This document shows positions 28,410 through 38,711 of a stretch of 64,000 bases of DNA, piece after piece. Position 1 is the first letter of the stretch, and the number at the start of each line of letters is the position of its first letter. The notes beneath the pieces are model-generated. The model did no database searches. It saw only the letters and a list, made by a program, of their open reading frames with translations, and was not told the DNA's origin. The position numbers were made by a program, and so were the translations under genes. The stretch spans positions 23,613 through 87,612 of the forward strand of contig JBMFKQ010000003.1 in the NCBI GenBank assembly GCA_049972095.1, written 5' to 3'. The DNA is from Elusimicrobiales bacterium. GTDB lineage: Bacteria > Elusimicrobiota > Elusimicrobia > Elusimicrobiales > UBA9959.

Positions 28410-30140
28410 TCATAATATTTGAGATTTTATCTCTTCAATAAGATTCTTTAGATCTGAGACCTTCATCCTTGAGGGCAAATCTGATATTCTTTTTTTAAGC
28501 TCAAACTCACCACAAGACACAGTCTTCTTGCTTACGACAATACGCCACGGTAGTCCTATAAGATCACAGTCATTAAACTTAACTCCAGCTCTTTCATCTC
28601 TATCATCCCATAAAACCTCAATACCTTCATTAGCAAGTTGTGAATAAATAGAATGTGCTGTTTTTAAAACATCCTCATTATTCTCTATATTTATAAGATA
28701 GATATGAAAAGGTGCAATGGAAACCGGCCATATTATACCCTTTTCATCATGGTGTTGTTCTATTGCAGCTGCAACGATTCTTGAAACCCCTATGCCATAA
28801 CAGCCCATCTCGATAAGTTTTTTTTGCTGATCTTTATCAAGATAATAACAATCAAGCTTTGATGAATACTTGGTGCCAAGTTTAAATATCTGACCAACCT
28901 CTATTCCTCTTGTAAATTTGAGTTCACTACCACACTTAACACACCTGTCACCTTTAGACGCAACCTTTACATCAGCCCATATATCCGGCTGCCAATCCCT
29001 TGGAAAATTTATGTTTTTTGTATGATAATCATCTCTATTTGCACCAGAAATGCCATTAGCAACTCCTTTAAGGTGATTATCTGCAATTATTAGATCAATA
29101 TTTTTCCCATTTTTCTTAGCTATATCTCTTATACCAACCGGTCCAGCAAAGCCAACCTTGCCTCCTATTATAGCAGAATATTCTTGAGGGGAAAGCCTCT
29201 CAATAGATGATACAGCAGTTAGTCTAATGATCTTATCCTCATTTATTTCATGATCTCCTCTTATAAGAACAAGGATTATCTTGTTATCAGCTTTGTAAAA
29301 CATTGTTTTTATGAATTTTTCCTTAGGAAGTCCTGTAAGCCTTGAAACATCTTCAACGGTATATAAATCTGGTGTTGGTATATCCTCAAGGGGCAGTTCA
29401 CTTTCTTTCTTTTCAAAAACTGGCTCTTTCACCTCTGCCCTTTCAGTATTAGCCGCATATCCACAACTGCAAAAAGCTATCTCTGCCTCTCCTGTGGATG
29501 CAAGTACCATAAACTCATGTGAATAATTACCACCTATCGCACCGGTTACAGCCTCAACAGCTTTAAAATTAAGACCGCATCTTTTAAATATCCTTGAGTA
29601 AGCATCATAGAGCTTCCAATACCACTCAATACAATCTTTTTCATCAGTATGAAATGAATATGCATCTTTCATATAAAACTCTCTTGCTCTCATAACACCA
29701 AATCTTGGTCTTATCTCATCCCTGAATTTTAAGCCAAATTGATAAAGAAGAAGGGGAAGTTCTCTATAAGATGTTATCTCTTTCTTCACAAGCTCTGTTA
29801 TAACCTCTTCTGCAGTAGGAGCAAAGCAATACTCATTGTCCTTTCTATCTTTTATCCTGAGAAGCTCTTTACCGTAAACATCCCATCTTCCAGTTTTTGT
29901 CCACAGATCCTTTGGTTGTATAACAGGAAGCCATAACTCAATCGCTCCAATTCTATCAAGCTCCTGACGTATTATGTTTTCCACTTTTTTAAGAACTCTA
30001 AAACCCAATGGCAGCCATTCATATATTCCACTCGCGAGCTTTCTTATCATTGATGATCTTATCATAAGCTGTGCTGATATACTATCTGCATCAGATGGTG
30101 TTTCTCTCACAGTGTTTAAAAAATATCTTGTTCGTCTCAT
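28410..30140 (-). CDS. proS: Proline--tRNA ligase (bacterial type with editing domain)
   Basis: KFRDEIRPRFGVMRAREF.MKDAYSF, GIEVGQIF.LG, MGCYGIG. Confidence 0.98.
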   Translation of the reverse strand: MRRTRYFLNTVRETPSDADSISAQLMIRSSMIRKLASGIYEWLPLGFRVLKKVENIIRQELDRIGAIELWLPVIQPKDLWTKTGRWDVYGKELLRIKDRKDNEYCFAPTAEEVITELVKKEITSYRELPLLLYQFGLKFRDEIRPRFGVMRAREFYMKDAYSFHTDEKDCIEWYWKLYDAYSRIFKRCGLNFKAVEAVTGAIGGNYSHEFMVLASTGEAEIAFCSCGYAANTERAEVKEPVFEKKESELPLEDIPTPDLYTVEDVSRLTGLPKEKFIKTMFYKADNKIILVLIRGDHEINEDKIIRLTAVSSIERLSPQEYSAIIGGKVGFAGPVGIRDIAKKNGKNIDLIIADNHLKGVANGISGANRDDYHTKNINFPRDWQPDIWADVKVASKGDRCVKCGSELKFTRGIEVGQIFKLGTKYSSKLDCYYLDKDQQKKLIEMGCYGIGVSRIVAAAIEQHHDEKGIIWPVSIAPFHIYLINIENNEDVLKTAHSIYSQLANEGIEVLWDDRDERAGVKFNDCDLIGLPWRIVVSKKTVSCGEFELKKRISDLPSRMKVSDLKNLIEEIKSQIL

Positions 30141-30170
30141 TTTTAATCCTCCGCCTCTACTGTTGTAATC

Positions 30171-31271
30171 TTATAATGATCTTATCTTTCTAATTATCTC
30201 ATTAACCCACTCAGACTCGTGTATAACCTTAACGCACTTTCCATTCTCTATCCATATACCATTCCCCTTCCCACCGCATATACCAAAATCTGCATATCTT
30301 GCCTCACCCGGTCCATTAACAACGCATCCCATAACCGCAATTTTCTTACCTTCAGATTTTTTTCTCAGAAAACTATCAGAATATATCCTTTCTTCTATTT
30401 TTTTAACTACATCTATCAGATTTATCTGACACCTACCGCAGGTTGGACATGATATGATATGAGGTCCATAATCTCTAAGCCCAAGGCTTTTCAGTATTTC
30501 AAACCCAGCTATAACCTCTTTGTATGGTTCATCAGTAAGGGAAACTCTTATAGTATCACCAATACCCTCAGAAAGAAGCCTGTATGCAAAGATGGAGGTT
30601 TTAACAAGCCCGCTTATAAAAGGACCTGCCTCTGTTATTCCTATATGAAGAGGCAAATCTGTTTTTAAAGCAAAGATCTTGTTTGCTTCAAGTGTTCTTT
30701 CTATATCATCAGCCTTAAGTGAGACTACTATATCTTTAAAACCATTACTCTCAAAGAAATCCACATACTCCATAGCCTCACTAACCATTTCTAATGCCCA
30801 TCTATAGCAATCCCATCCAGAGACATTCTTTTTTTCTCTCACAGCCTTTATTGAGCCAGCGTTTACCCCTATTCTTATGGAAACCCCTCTGTCTTTAGCA
30901 ACCTTTATGAGTTCTACAAGATTCTCTTTGTTCCCTATATTACCAGGATTTATTCTTATTTTATCTGCACCATTTTTTATCGCCTCAATGGCAAGCTTGT
31001 GATTGAAGTGTATATCTGCTATAAGCGGTATATTCATTGCAGGTTTTATTTTAGATATTGCTTTTGCAGCATCCTCATCAAAAACACTTATTCTCACAGC
31101 CTCACAGCCATATTCCTCAAGCTTTTCTATCTGTTTCAATGTGGAGATTAGATCTCTGGTATCAGTGTTTGTCATTGATTGAACAAGAATTGGATTATTT
31201 GCACCTATATAACGATTTCCTAAACGAACCGGCCTTGTTTTCCTTCTTTTTATCTTATTTTGCTGCTTCAT
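30171..31271 (-). CDS. ispG: (E)-4-hydroxy-3-methylbut-2-enyl-diphosphate synthase
   Basis: VQSMT, ADIHF, RINPGN, SCPTCGR, MGCVVNGPGE. Confidence 0.98.
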   Translation of the reverse strand: MKQQNKIKRRKTRPVRLGNRYIGANNPILVQSMTNTDTRDLISTLKQIEKLEEYGCEAVRISVFDEDAAKAISKIKPAMNIPLIADIHFNHKLAIEAIKNGADKIRINPGNIGNKENLVELIKVAKDRGVSIRIGVNAGSIKAVREKKNVSGWDCYRWALEMVSEAMEYVDFFESNGFKDIVVSLKADDIERTLEANKIFALKTDLPLHIGITEAGPFISGLVKTSIFAYRLLSEGIGDTIRVSLTDEPYKEVIAGFEILKSLGLRDYGPHIISCPTCGRCQINLIDVVKKIEERIYSDSFLRKKSEGKKIAVMGCVVNGPGEARYADFGICGGKGNGIWIENGKCVKVIHESEWVNEIIRKIRSL

Positions 31272-32325
31272 TGGATTGAAGTTTAATTTTATGATGCTTA
31301 TATATTCTGGTTATATCTGAGTATGTTGCAAAAACAAGTATGCTAGCTAGGATAACTATTCCTACTGATGTTACATATTTTATAATCCGAGGTGTTAATC
31401 TTTTACCCGATACACCCTCAAAAATATACATAACAAGATGCCCTCCATCGAGAAGTGGAAGTGGTAGGAGATTAAAAAAGCCCACAGCTATCGATATCAA
31501 CCCAACAAGAAAAAGAAAATCCCAGAAACCAGATTGAGCTGCCTTTGAGACTATCTGAACTATACCTATTGGTCCTGCAATATCAGGTTTTTGTCTTCTA
31601 TATATACTCATTGCAATGGTTCTAATAGTCATTGATGTCCAATAAATTATCTGAGCAAAAGACATTTTAATAGCCTCAAAAAAACTAACCCTTTTGTATT
31701 CTGTATAAGGAACTATACCTATCACACCTCTTTCAGAAGCAGGATCTCTCCTTGTAACAATCCTTATAGAATAAATCTTCCCATCCCTTTCATATTCAAG
31801 TACTATCTCCTTTTCTATTTTTGGCGAAATCATATTCATCATATCCTTCCATGTATCTATCTTCTTTCCATCTATGCCAACTATTCTATCGCCACTTTTA
31901 AGTCCTGCAAGATCTGCAGGAAATCCCTCAGCCACATCCCCTATAATTGCTTTTGAAGATGGAACTGGCTTGCCAACCCAGAATATAACAGTAAAGAATA
32001 TCAGAAAACTCAAAATATAGTTCATCACAGGTCCTGCGATTACTATCATAATCCTTTCATACCATTTTTTTGAAAAATACTCATCATTCTCTCCTTTGTA
32101 GTCATTTATATCCTCACCTTTAGGTTTAACATATCCTCCAAGTGGAATGAGTCTTATTGAATAAACAGTTCCGCTTTTTATCTTTTGAAGAATTGCTTTT
32201 CCAAATCCAAAGGAAAACTCCTCTACATAAACTCCAAGCACTTTTAATACTATAAAATGACCAAGCTCATGTATGAATATTATTATTCCAAATGTAAAGA
32301 TTATACCGGCAATTGACTCTATCAT
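31255..32325 (-). CDS. rseP: RIP metalloprotease RseP
   Basis: HELGH, AGP..N, PDZ region, NLLPLP.LDGG. Confidence 0.96.
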   Translation of the reverse strand: MIESIAGIIFTFGIIIFIHELGHFIVLKVLGVYVEEFSFGFGKAILQKIKSGTVYSIRLIPLGGYVKPKGEDINDYKGENDEYFSKKWYERIMIVIAGPVMNYILSFLIFFTVIFWVGKPVPSSKAIIGDVAEGFPADLAGLKSGDRIVGIDGKKIDTWKDMMNMISPKIEKEIVLEYERDGKIYSIRIVTRRDPASERGVIGIVPYTEYKRVSFFEAIKMSFAQIIYWTSMTIRTIAMSIYRRQKPDIAGPIGIVQIVSKAAQSGFWDFLFLVGLISIAVGFFNLLPLPLLDGGHLVMYIFEGVSGKRLTPRIIKYVTSVGIVILASILVFATYSDITRIYKHHKIKLQSNEAAK

Positions 32326-33503
32326 CTCCTTTCCTTTAAAATGCTTTCTGCTACCTCTCTTGCCTTATACCTTGCCCACCCATCAGCCTCAACGATGGCA
32401 TCTATTGAAAGGATAGCTTTCCTTTTTGTAGAATTCCATCCTTTAATAACCCTTGCAACAACTTGGGCAATCTCATTAAATTTTATCAAACCGCTAAGAA
32501 ACATCTCAACTGCAACCTCATTTGCCGCATTAAGAAGTGCGGGATAAACATCTCCTTTTCTTGCTGATTCAATTGCAAGAATAAGACATGGAAATTTTTT
32601 AAAATCAGGCTTATAAAACTCAAGCTTTTTAGCTTCAAATATGTTAAGCTTCTTCACAGGCGATGCAATCCTTTCAGGCCATGTTATTGAGTATTGTATT
32701 GGGAGCCTCATATCAGGATAAGACATCTGAGCCATAATTGAACCATCACAAAATTCAAGGGCTGAGTGAATAATTGACTGTGGATGAATGACCACCTCTA
32801 TTTTTGATACATCAATATCGAAAAGATTTTTTATCTCTATCACCTCAAGCCCTTTGTTCATAAGTGTGGCACTATCAACAGAGATCTTTTTTCCCATCCT
32901 CCATCTTGGATGTTTAATGGCTTGTGATGGACTTACATATGAGAGATCTCCACAATATCTGTAAAATGGACCTCCTGATGCTGTGAGGTATACCTTTTTA
33001 ACTGGGGATGAGTCAAATCCCCCTAATATTTGAAAAATTGCAGATGGTTCAGAATCAACAGGTATTATGAGAGTGTTATTCTTATTAGCCTCCTTTTTAA
33101 TTATCTGGCCAGCTATGACAAGTGGTTCTTTGTTTGCAACACAGATCCTTGGTATTCTGCCTATTGCACAAAAAATGGGGAAAATCCCAATACTTCCACT
33201 TACAGCGAGCATCAAAATATCAGAATCAACACTTTCAACAAGTTTGCATAATCCTTCAACCCCAGCTGGGAAAAGTTTAACTGAAGCAGGAATAAGTTTC
33301 TTAATCTCTTTCCTTTTATCATCATCAAAAACACATACCTTTTTAACTCCAAAGCGATGTATCTGCTTAAGTCCCTCAGATATATTTGAAAAAAAGGCAA
33401 TACCTTCAAGCTGATAATTCCCAAGGAAACTGATAACATCAATAGTGCTTTTACCTATGGAGCCTGTCGAGCCAAGAATTGTTATTCTTTTTTTACTTTT
33501 CAT
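32322..33503 (-). CDS. dxr: 1-deoxy-D-xylulose-5-phosphate reductoisomerase
   Basis: LGSTGSIG, ANKE, PVDSE, LTASGGPF, MGKKISVDSA. Confidence 0.98.
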   Translation of the reverse strand: MKSKKRITILGSTGSIGKSTIDVISFLGNYQLEGIAFFSNISEGLKQIHRFGVKKVCVFDDDKRKEIKKLIPASVKLFPAGVEGLCKLVESVDSDILMLAVSGSIGIFPIFCAIGRIPRICVANKEPLVIAGQIIKKEANKNNTLIIPVDSEPSAIFQILGGFDSSPVKKVYLTASGGPFYRYCGDLSYVSPSQAIKHPRWRMGKKISVDSATLMNKGLEVIEIKNLFDIDVSKIEVVIHPQSIIHSALEFCDGSIMAQMSYPDMRLPIQYSITWPERIASPVKKLNIFEAKKLEFYKPDFKKFPCLILAIESARKGDVYPALLNAANEVAVEMFLSGLIKFNEIAQVVARVIKGWNSTKRKAILSIDAIVEADGWARYKAREVAESILKERR

Positions 33504-34294
33504 CTTATAACTACATAAAAATAATAGAAAAGTGGGGCAAGAAAAAGGTAAGAATCAAATCTATCAAACACACCACCATGTCCGGGCAGCAAATTTGACG
33601 AATCCTTGACACCGCAGCTTCTTTTAATAAGAGATTGTGCAAGGTCAGAATATTGACCAGCAATCGCGGTTATAAATGATACTGCTATAAACTGCCATCT
33701 TGAAAGAATATCAAAATTTTTCGAAACAACATAAAAAAACAATATGCAAGAAATAAGACCTGCAAAAAAACCTTCCAATGTCTTTTTAGGACTTACACTT
33801 GAAAGCCTTCTTTTTCCAAACTTAGTTCCAAAAAAATAAGCTGCTGTATCACATATCCATACAGATATAAAAAGAATATATGTAAAAAACCTTCCGTTTG
33901 AGGGAATATCTCGTATCAGTATCAGATGAGAAAGCGTAAATGAGATGAAAAAGCTTGCGATGTATGTGTAGGCAATCCTTTCAAGTGACCATTCTTTTCT
34001 AAACACCTCAACAAAAAAAGGAAGAATCACACAAAAAGAAATAACCATCGTTATGAAGTTGTATGATGGAGCATCTCCATTAAGGTAAAAAGCGATAGGT
34101 ATAGTTGCCGATGAAATAAAAAGAGAGAAAAAATCAGCAGACTTAGAGGATAATTTCATCATTATATAATACTCCCAAGCCGATGCAATTATGACAAACA
34201 TAACAAAGAGAAGAAATGGAATACCGCCTATATAAACCACAGTTAAAACAATAGGTATCCCAAAAACCGCTGTTATTACTCTTGGAAGTATCAT
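33500..34294 (-). CDS. cdsA: Phosphatidate cytidylyltransferase
   Basis: DTAAYF.G, SPKKT.EG, KDS..LPGHGGVFDRFDS; start placed at ATG 34294, overlapping the uppS stop. Confidence 0.96.
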   Translation of the reverse strand: MILPRVITAVFGIPIVLTVVYIGGIPFLLFVMFVIIASAWEYYIMMKLSSKSADFFSLFISSATIPIAFYLNGDAPSYNFITMVISFCVILPFFVEVFRKEWSLERIAYTYIASFFISFTLSHLILIRDIPSNGRFFTYILFISVWICDTAAYFFGTKFGKRRLSSVSPKKTLEGFFAGLISCILFFYVVSKNFDILSRWQFIAVSFITAIAGQYSDLAQSLIKRSCGVKDSSNLLPGHGGVFDRFDSYLFLAPLFYYFYVVIR

Positions 34295-34998
34295 TTTCCC
34301 ATTCTTCTTTCTCTTTTTCCAAAATCCAGTATAGCAGCCAGAAGATCGTTTTCTGAAAAATCGGGCCAAAGGGTCTGTGTTACATAAAACTCTGAGTACA
34401 CTGACTGCCATATAAGAAAGTTTGAAAGTCTCATCTCGCCTGATGTTCTAATAACAAGTTGAGGTTCTGGTAGGGGATATGTATAGAGATTTTTCTCTAT
34501 ATCTTGTTCAGTTATCTTCTTTGCTCCATTTTCAATTATCCTATTTACCGCATCAACTATCTCGCGCCTACCACCATAATTGAGAGCAAGATTTAAAACC
34601 ATATTCCTCTCATCCTTAAGATAATAAACAGCTTTTAATATCTCACGGGACAAAGAAGGGGGGAATTCATCAATCCTTCCAATTATTTTCAAGGATATAC
34701 CATTTTTTTTCAGATCTTCACGATATTTTTTTATTGTTTGTTTTAAAAGCATTAAAAGACCTCTAACCTCATCTTTCGGTCTCATCCAGTTTTCAGTAGA
34801 AAATGTATAGAGCGTGAGATACTTTATTCCAATCTTTCTTGAAGTCTCAACAACCCTTTTAACACTTTCAACACCCTTTTTATGACCATATATGATAGGA
34901 TAATGATGTTTTTTTGCCCATCTTCTATTCCCGTCCATTATTATAGCAAGATGAAACGGTGAATTAAGGTTGATTATCTTTTTACATTCATCTATCAT
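34291..34998 (-). CDS. uppS: Undecaprenyl diphosphate synthase
   Basis: HLAIIMDGNRRWA, FSTENW, IRTSGEMRLSNF. Confidence 0.98.
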   Translation of the reverse strand: MIDECKKIINLNSPFHLAIIMDGNRRWAKKHHYPIIYGHKKGVESVKRVVETSRKIGIKYLTLYTFSTENWMRPKDEVRGLLMLLKQTIKKYREDLKKNGISLKIIGRIDEFPPSLSREILKAVYYLKDERNMVLNLALNYGGRREIVDAVNRIIENGAKKITEQDIEKNLYTYPLPEPQLVIRTSGEMRLSNFLIWQSVYSEFYVTQTLWPDFSENDLLAAILDFGKRERRMGK

Positions 34999-35003
34999 CT
35001 AAT

Positions 35004-35564
35004 TTATACAGTAAGGATATCTTTCTCTTTTGTCTGTGATAACTGATTTACATTTTCTATAAATCTATCAGTAATCTTTTGAATCTGTGCTTCATATCTT
35101 TTTGCGTCATCCTCGGAAATCTCAGAATTCTTTTGAGCTTTTTTTATCTTTTCTATATAATCCCTTCTTATATTTCTTATCTCAACCCTTATCTCCTCAG
35201 CAATCTGTGCAACAACCTTAGCCAATTTTTTTCTCTGCTCCTCATTCATAGGGGGGAGATTTATTCGTATAATATCCCCCTGCCTTTGAGGGGTACTTCC
35301 GAGGTCGATCTTTTTTAACTCCACCTCAATAGCATCAAGAGCTGTTCTATCCCAGGGTTTTATTTCAAGTGTTCTTGCATCAGGCACACTTACAGCAGCA
35401 ACCTGTTTTAAAGGCACCCTTGAGCCATAATATTCAACATAAACACTATCAAGGAGCTGAGGATTTGCCCTTCCTGTTCTAAGTGATTTAAATTCTCCCT
35501 TAAGTTTCTCAATCTTAATAGACATTTCCTTTTCACATTTTGACATCAAATCATTGATATTCAT
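35004..35564 (-). CDS. frr: Ribosome recycling factor
   Basis: LRTGRANP, IRNIRR, EISED. Confidence 0.98.
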   Translation of the reverse strand: MNINDLMSKCEKEMSIKIEKLKGEFKSLRTGRANPQLLDSVYVEYYGSRVPLKQVAAVSVPDARTLEIKPWDRTALDAIEVELKKIDLGSTPQRQGDIIRINLPPMNEEQRKKLAKVVAQIAEEIRVEIRNIRRDYIEKIKKAQKNSEISEDDAKRYEAQIQKITDRFIENVNQLSQTKEKDILTV

Positions 35565-35623
35565 AAAATCCTCCTCAAAAGAAAATCTCCTTAATTATTA
35601 TTATACCGATTTTTTAAATCAAA

Positions 35624-36172
35624 TTAAATATTTTCTTCCAAAAATTCGCATATGGTATGTATCACAAAAAGATGTGCTTCCTGAACACGTGGGGTTGGTG
35701 CTTCAAAATCAATAAAGGTATCACTAAGCTTAGCAATTTTTCCTTTTCTGCCAAGGATACCAATAGTTTTTATGCCATAAGTTTTTGCAATCTTAAAAGC
35801 ATTAATAACATTTTTGCTATTTCCTGATGTTGAAAGACCAATTAGAACATCACCCTTTCTTCCAATTGCCTCAACCTGCCTTGCAAAAACAACCTCATAC
35901 GAGTAATCATTTGAGACAGAGCTAATAACTGAGATATCAGATGCAAGTGAGATGGCACAAAAACCTTTTCTTTCTCTTTGATATCTTCCAACGATCTCTG
36001 CTGCAAAATGCTGGCTTTGTGAAGCACTACCTCCGTTTCCACAAATAAGAATTTTATTTCCATTTTTTAAAGCATTTAAAATTAGACTACATATCTCATA
36101 TATTTTCTCTCTTTTAAGAGATATCTGATCAAAGATTTCTTTTGCTTCTTTTAGATTTTTCTCTAAGTCCAT
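35624..36172 (-). CDS. gmhA: SIS-domain D-sedoheptulose-7-phosphate isomerase (GmhA/DiaA family)
   Basis: CGNGGS..QHFAAE, ND..FARQ, STSGNS.N, RVQE.H. Confidence 0.88.
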   Translation of the reverse strand: MDLEKNLKEAKEIFDQISLKREKIYEICSLILNALKNGNKILICGNGGSASQSQHFAAEIVGRYQRERKGFCAISLASDISVISSVSNDYSYEVVFARQVEAIGRKGDVLIGLSTSGNSKNVINAFKIAKTYGIKTIGILGRKGKIAKLSDTFIDFEAPTPRVQEAHLFVIHTICEFLEENI

Positions 36173-36174
36173 AG

Positions 36175-36894
36175 CTATGATATAAGCGTGCCTATATCAT
36201 TTCCAATAATAGCTTTGTATATATTTTCTTTCTTATGAAGATTGAAAACCCTTATTGGAATGGAGTTTTCCATACACAGAGTTAAAGCGGACTGATCCAT
36301 AAATTTAAGCTGAGCCTTTATAGCATCCATATATGAAAGCCTCTTTATCAATCTTGCATTTCTATCAGTTTTCGGGTCTGAGCTATATACGCCATCAACT
36401 TGAGTTGCTTTAAGAAGAATATCAGCATTTATCTCGCTTGCCCTCAATGCTGCTGCTGTATCAGTTGTAAAATATGGATTTCCAGTCCCACCTGCAAATA
36501 TAACAACCCTTCCCTTTTCAAGATGCCTAATAGCCTTTCTTCTTATGAAAGGCTCTGCTATCTGGGCTATTGTTATGGCAGTTTGAACCCTGGTAACTAT
36601 ACCAATATTCTCAAGAGCTGATTGAAGCGCAAGGGCATTTATAACCGTTGCAAGCATCCCCATATTGTCAGAGGTAACTCTATCTATGCCGTTGTGATTC
36701 TTATTTGCCCCTCTCCATATATTTCCGCCACCTATAACTATCGCAAGCTGAGTATTCTTACTTTTAACTGCCTTTTTTATCTCCAGTGCTATATAGCTCA
36801 AAGAATCTTTGGATATAACATCATTCTTTTTATGGCTATTAAGTATAGAAAGAGCCTCACCCGAAATTTTAAGAAGGACTCTTTTTGGTTTCAT
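36175..36894 (-). CDS. pyrH: UMP kinase
   Basis: LLKISGEAL, GGGN, DNMGMLAT, GTGNPYFTTD. Confidence 0.98.
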   Translation of the reverse strand: MKPKRVLLKISGEALSILNSHKKNDVISKDSLSYIALEIKKAVKSKNTQLAIVIGGGNIWRGANKNHNGIDRVTSDNMGMLATVINALALQSALENIGIVTRVQTAITIAQIAEPFIRRKAIRHLEKGRVVIFAGGTGNPYFTTDTAAALRASEINADILLKATQVDGVYSSDPKTDRNARLIKRLSYMDAIKAQLKFMDQSALTLCMENSIPIRVFNLHKKENIYKAIIGNDIGTLIS

Positions 36895-36903
36895 CAATAC
36901 TAT

Positions 36904-37746
36904 TCAATAGCCTATTATAAATGCATCAAACTCAATAATATCAAGCTTGCAAGCACATTCTCTTGAAATGTTCTCAAGATACTGTTTAATGGTAATCTTG
37001 TTGTCTTTTATATATGGCTGCTCCATAAGACAGGTATCTTGAAAAAACTTGTTTATTCTTCCTTCAAGCATCTTTGAAACAGCAACATCAGTTTTTCCTT
37101 GTGCCTGAGGGCTTGCTTTATATATCTCTTTTTCCTTCTCTATAACCTCATTAGGGACATTCTCCCTTCTTATCCATCTTGGCGACATTGCAACAATCTG
37201 CATTGCTATGTTCTTTGCAAACTCTTCAATCTTTGATCTATCACAGCTACCTTCAACAGCTATTCTAACAAGGGCAGCCTTTTTTTTATCTGAATGAAGA
37301 TAAGAACCAACAACAGATCCACTATTCAATTTATAAACTGTGCTTCTTCTTATCTGCATGTTTTCACCTATCTTCATTGCAACAGAGTTTAGTATCTGTT
37401 TAGCCCCTTCATCCATATGCGGTAAAAAACCATCCTTCTCAATCATCTCATCAGCAAGTTTGTTAGCAAGGGATACAAACTCTTCATTTCTTGCGACAAA
37501 ATCTGTTTCACAATCTATCTCAAGCATAACATATTTTGAACCATTATTCTTAACAACAACTATACCTTCTTTCATTTCTCTTGCTGCTCTTTTAAGAAGT
37601 CCGCTCAAGCCCTTTTTTCTCAATATTTCCACGGCCTTCTCTATATCACCATTCGCCTCTTCAAGAGCATTTTTACAGTCCATTATACCAGCACCTGTCT
37701 GTGATCTAAGCTGCTTTATAATTTCTTTTGATATCACACTGCTCAT
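36904..37746 (-). CDS. tsf: Elongation factor Ts
   Basis: [25 protein letters not shown]. Confidence 0.98.
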   Translation of the reverse strand: MSSVISKEIIKQLRSQTGAGIMDCKNALEEANGDIEKAVEILRKKGLSGLLKRAAREMKEGIVVVKNNGSKYVMLEIDCETDFVARNEEFVSLANKLADEMIEKDGFLPHMDEGAKQILNSVAMKIGENMQIRRSTVYKLNSGSVVGSYLHSDKKKAALVRIAVEGSCDRSKIEEFAKNIAMQIVAMSPRWIRRENVPNEVIEKEKEIYKASPQAQGKTDVAVSKMLEGRINKFFQDTCLMEQPYIKDNKITIKQYLENISRECACKLDIIEFDAFIIGY

Positions 37747-38633
37747 AAACTCTCCTTTTCTACTTCATTATCCTCTTTGATATCATTTTTAAGTGCTTCG
37801 TCTGGCAATTTTTCATTTTCTTCTTCGTTTACATTGTTGTTTTCAGGATTTTCATAGTTCTCAATCTGCACAGAATCAGCCGCAACACCACTGCTTGCTT
37901 CATTAGAGATGTCTTGCTGTTCATTAGTCATAGAAGAAGATTGTGCCTCTTTTGCCTTTCTTCCCTCTATTATTGCCTCAGCTATAGATGAGCAGAAAAG
38001 CCTTATTGATCTAGCAGCATCGTCATTTCCTGGAATTATAACATCAATCTCATCAGGGTTTGCATTAGTATCACAAATAGCAACTATTGGAATACCAAGT
38101 TTTCTTGCTTCATGAACAGCATTGTATTCTTCAACAGGATCTACAACGAACATAACATCAGGTAGCACCTTCATATTTCTTATACCCGAAAGAAACTTAA
38201 CAAGCCTATTCTTCTCTTTTGTAAGCCTAGAAACCTCTTTCTTCGACATCACCTTGAAATAACCTTTATTCTCCATATCCTCAAGCTCTTCAAGTCTTCT
38301 TATTGAAAGTTTTATTGTCTCAAAATTTGTTAACATTCCGCCTCTCCATTTTTCATAAACAACAAAAGCACCTGCCCTCTCTGCCTCGGATTTAACTATC
38401 TCTTTTGCCTGTTTTTTTGTCCCAACAAATATAAAGCTTTTTCCTTCCTTTGAGTTTTCATAGACAAACTCATAAGCCTTTTTAAATTCCTTTATAGTTT
38501 TTTGAAGGTCAAGTATATGAATACCATTCCTCTCACCAAATATATACTTGGCCATCTTAGGATTCCACCTTGATGTTTGATGACCAAAATGAACCCCCGC
38601 TTCAAGCAGTGTTTTCATCGTAACATTAAACAT
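37743..38633 (-). CDS. rpsB: 30S ribosomal protein S2
   Basis: [30 protein letters not shown] before ATG 38633. Confidence 0.98.
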   Translation of the reverse strand: MFNVTMKTLLEAGVHFGHQTSRWNPKMAKYIFGERNGIHILDLQKTIKEFKKAYEFVYENSKEGKSFIFVGTKKQAKEIVKSEAERAGAFVVYEKWRGGMLTNFETIKLSIRRLEELEDMENKGYFKVMSKKEVSRLTKEKNRLVKFLSGIRNMKVLPDVMFVVDPVEEYNAVHEARKLGIPIVAICDTNANPDEIDVIIPGNDDAARSIRLFCSSIAEAIIEGRKAKEAQSSSMTNEQQDISNEASSGVAADSVQIENYENPENNNVNEEENEKLPDEALKNDIKEDNEVEKESL

Positions 38634-38711
38634 CTTAATACCTCCATAACAAAAAGTATACAAAATTTAAAGGCAAAAAGAAAGATCATTAAAAATGCTA
38701 TCATATATTTG

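Noticed and set aside
38577..38711. N-terminal extension of nadE, and similar extensions on nuoI, cdsA, rnpA, mnmE, glyS and glyQ
   Set aside because: These overlap neighbouring genes and lack family similarity; downstream ATGs fit better.
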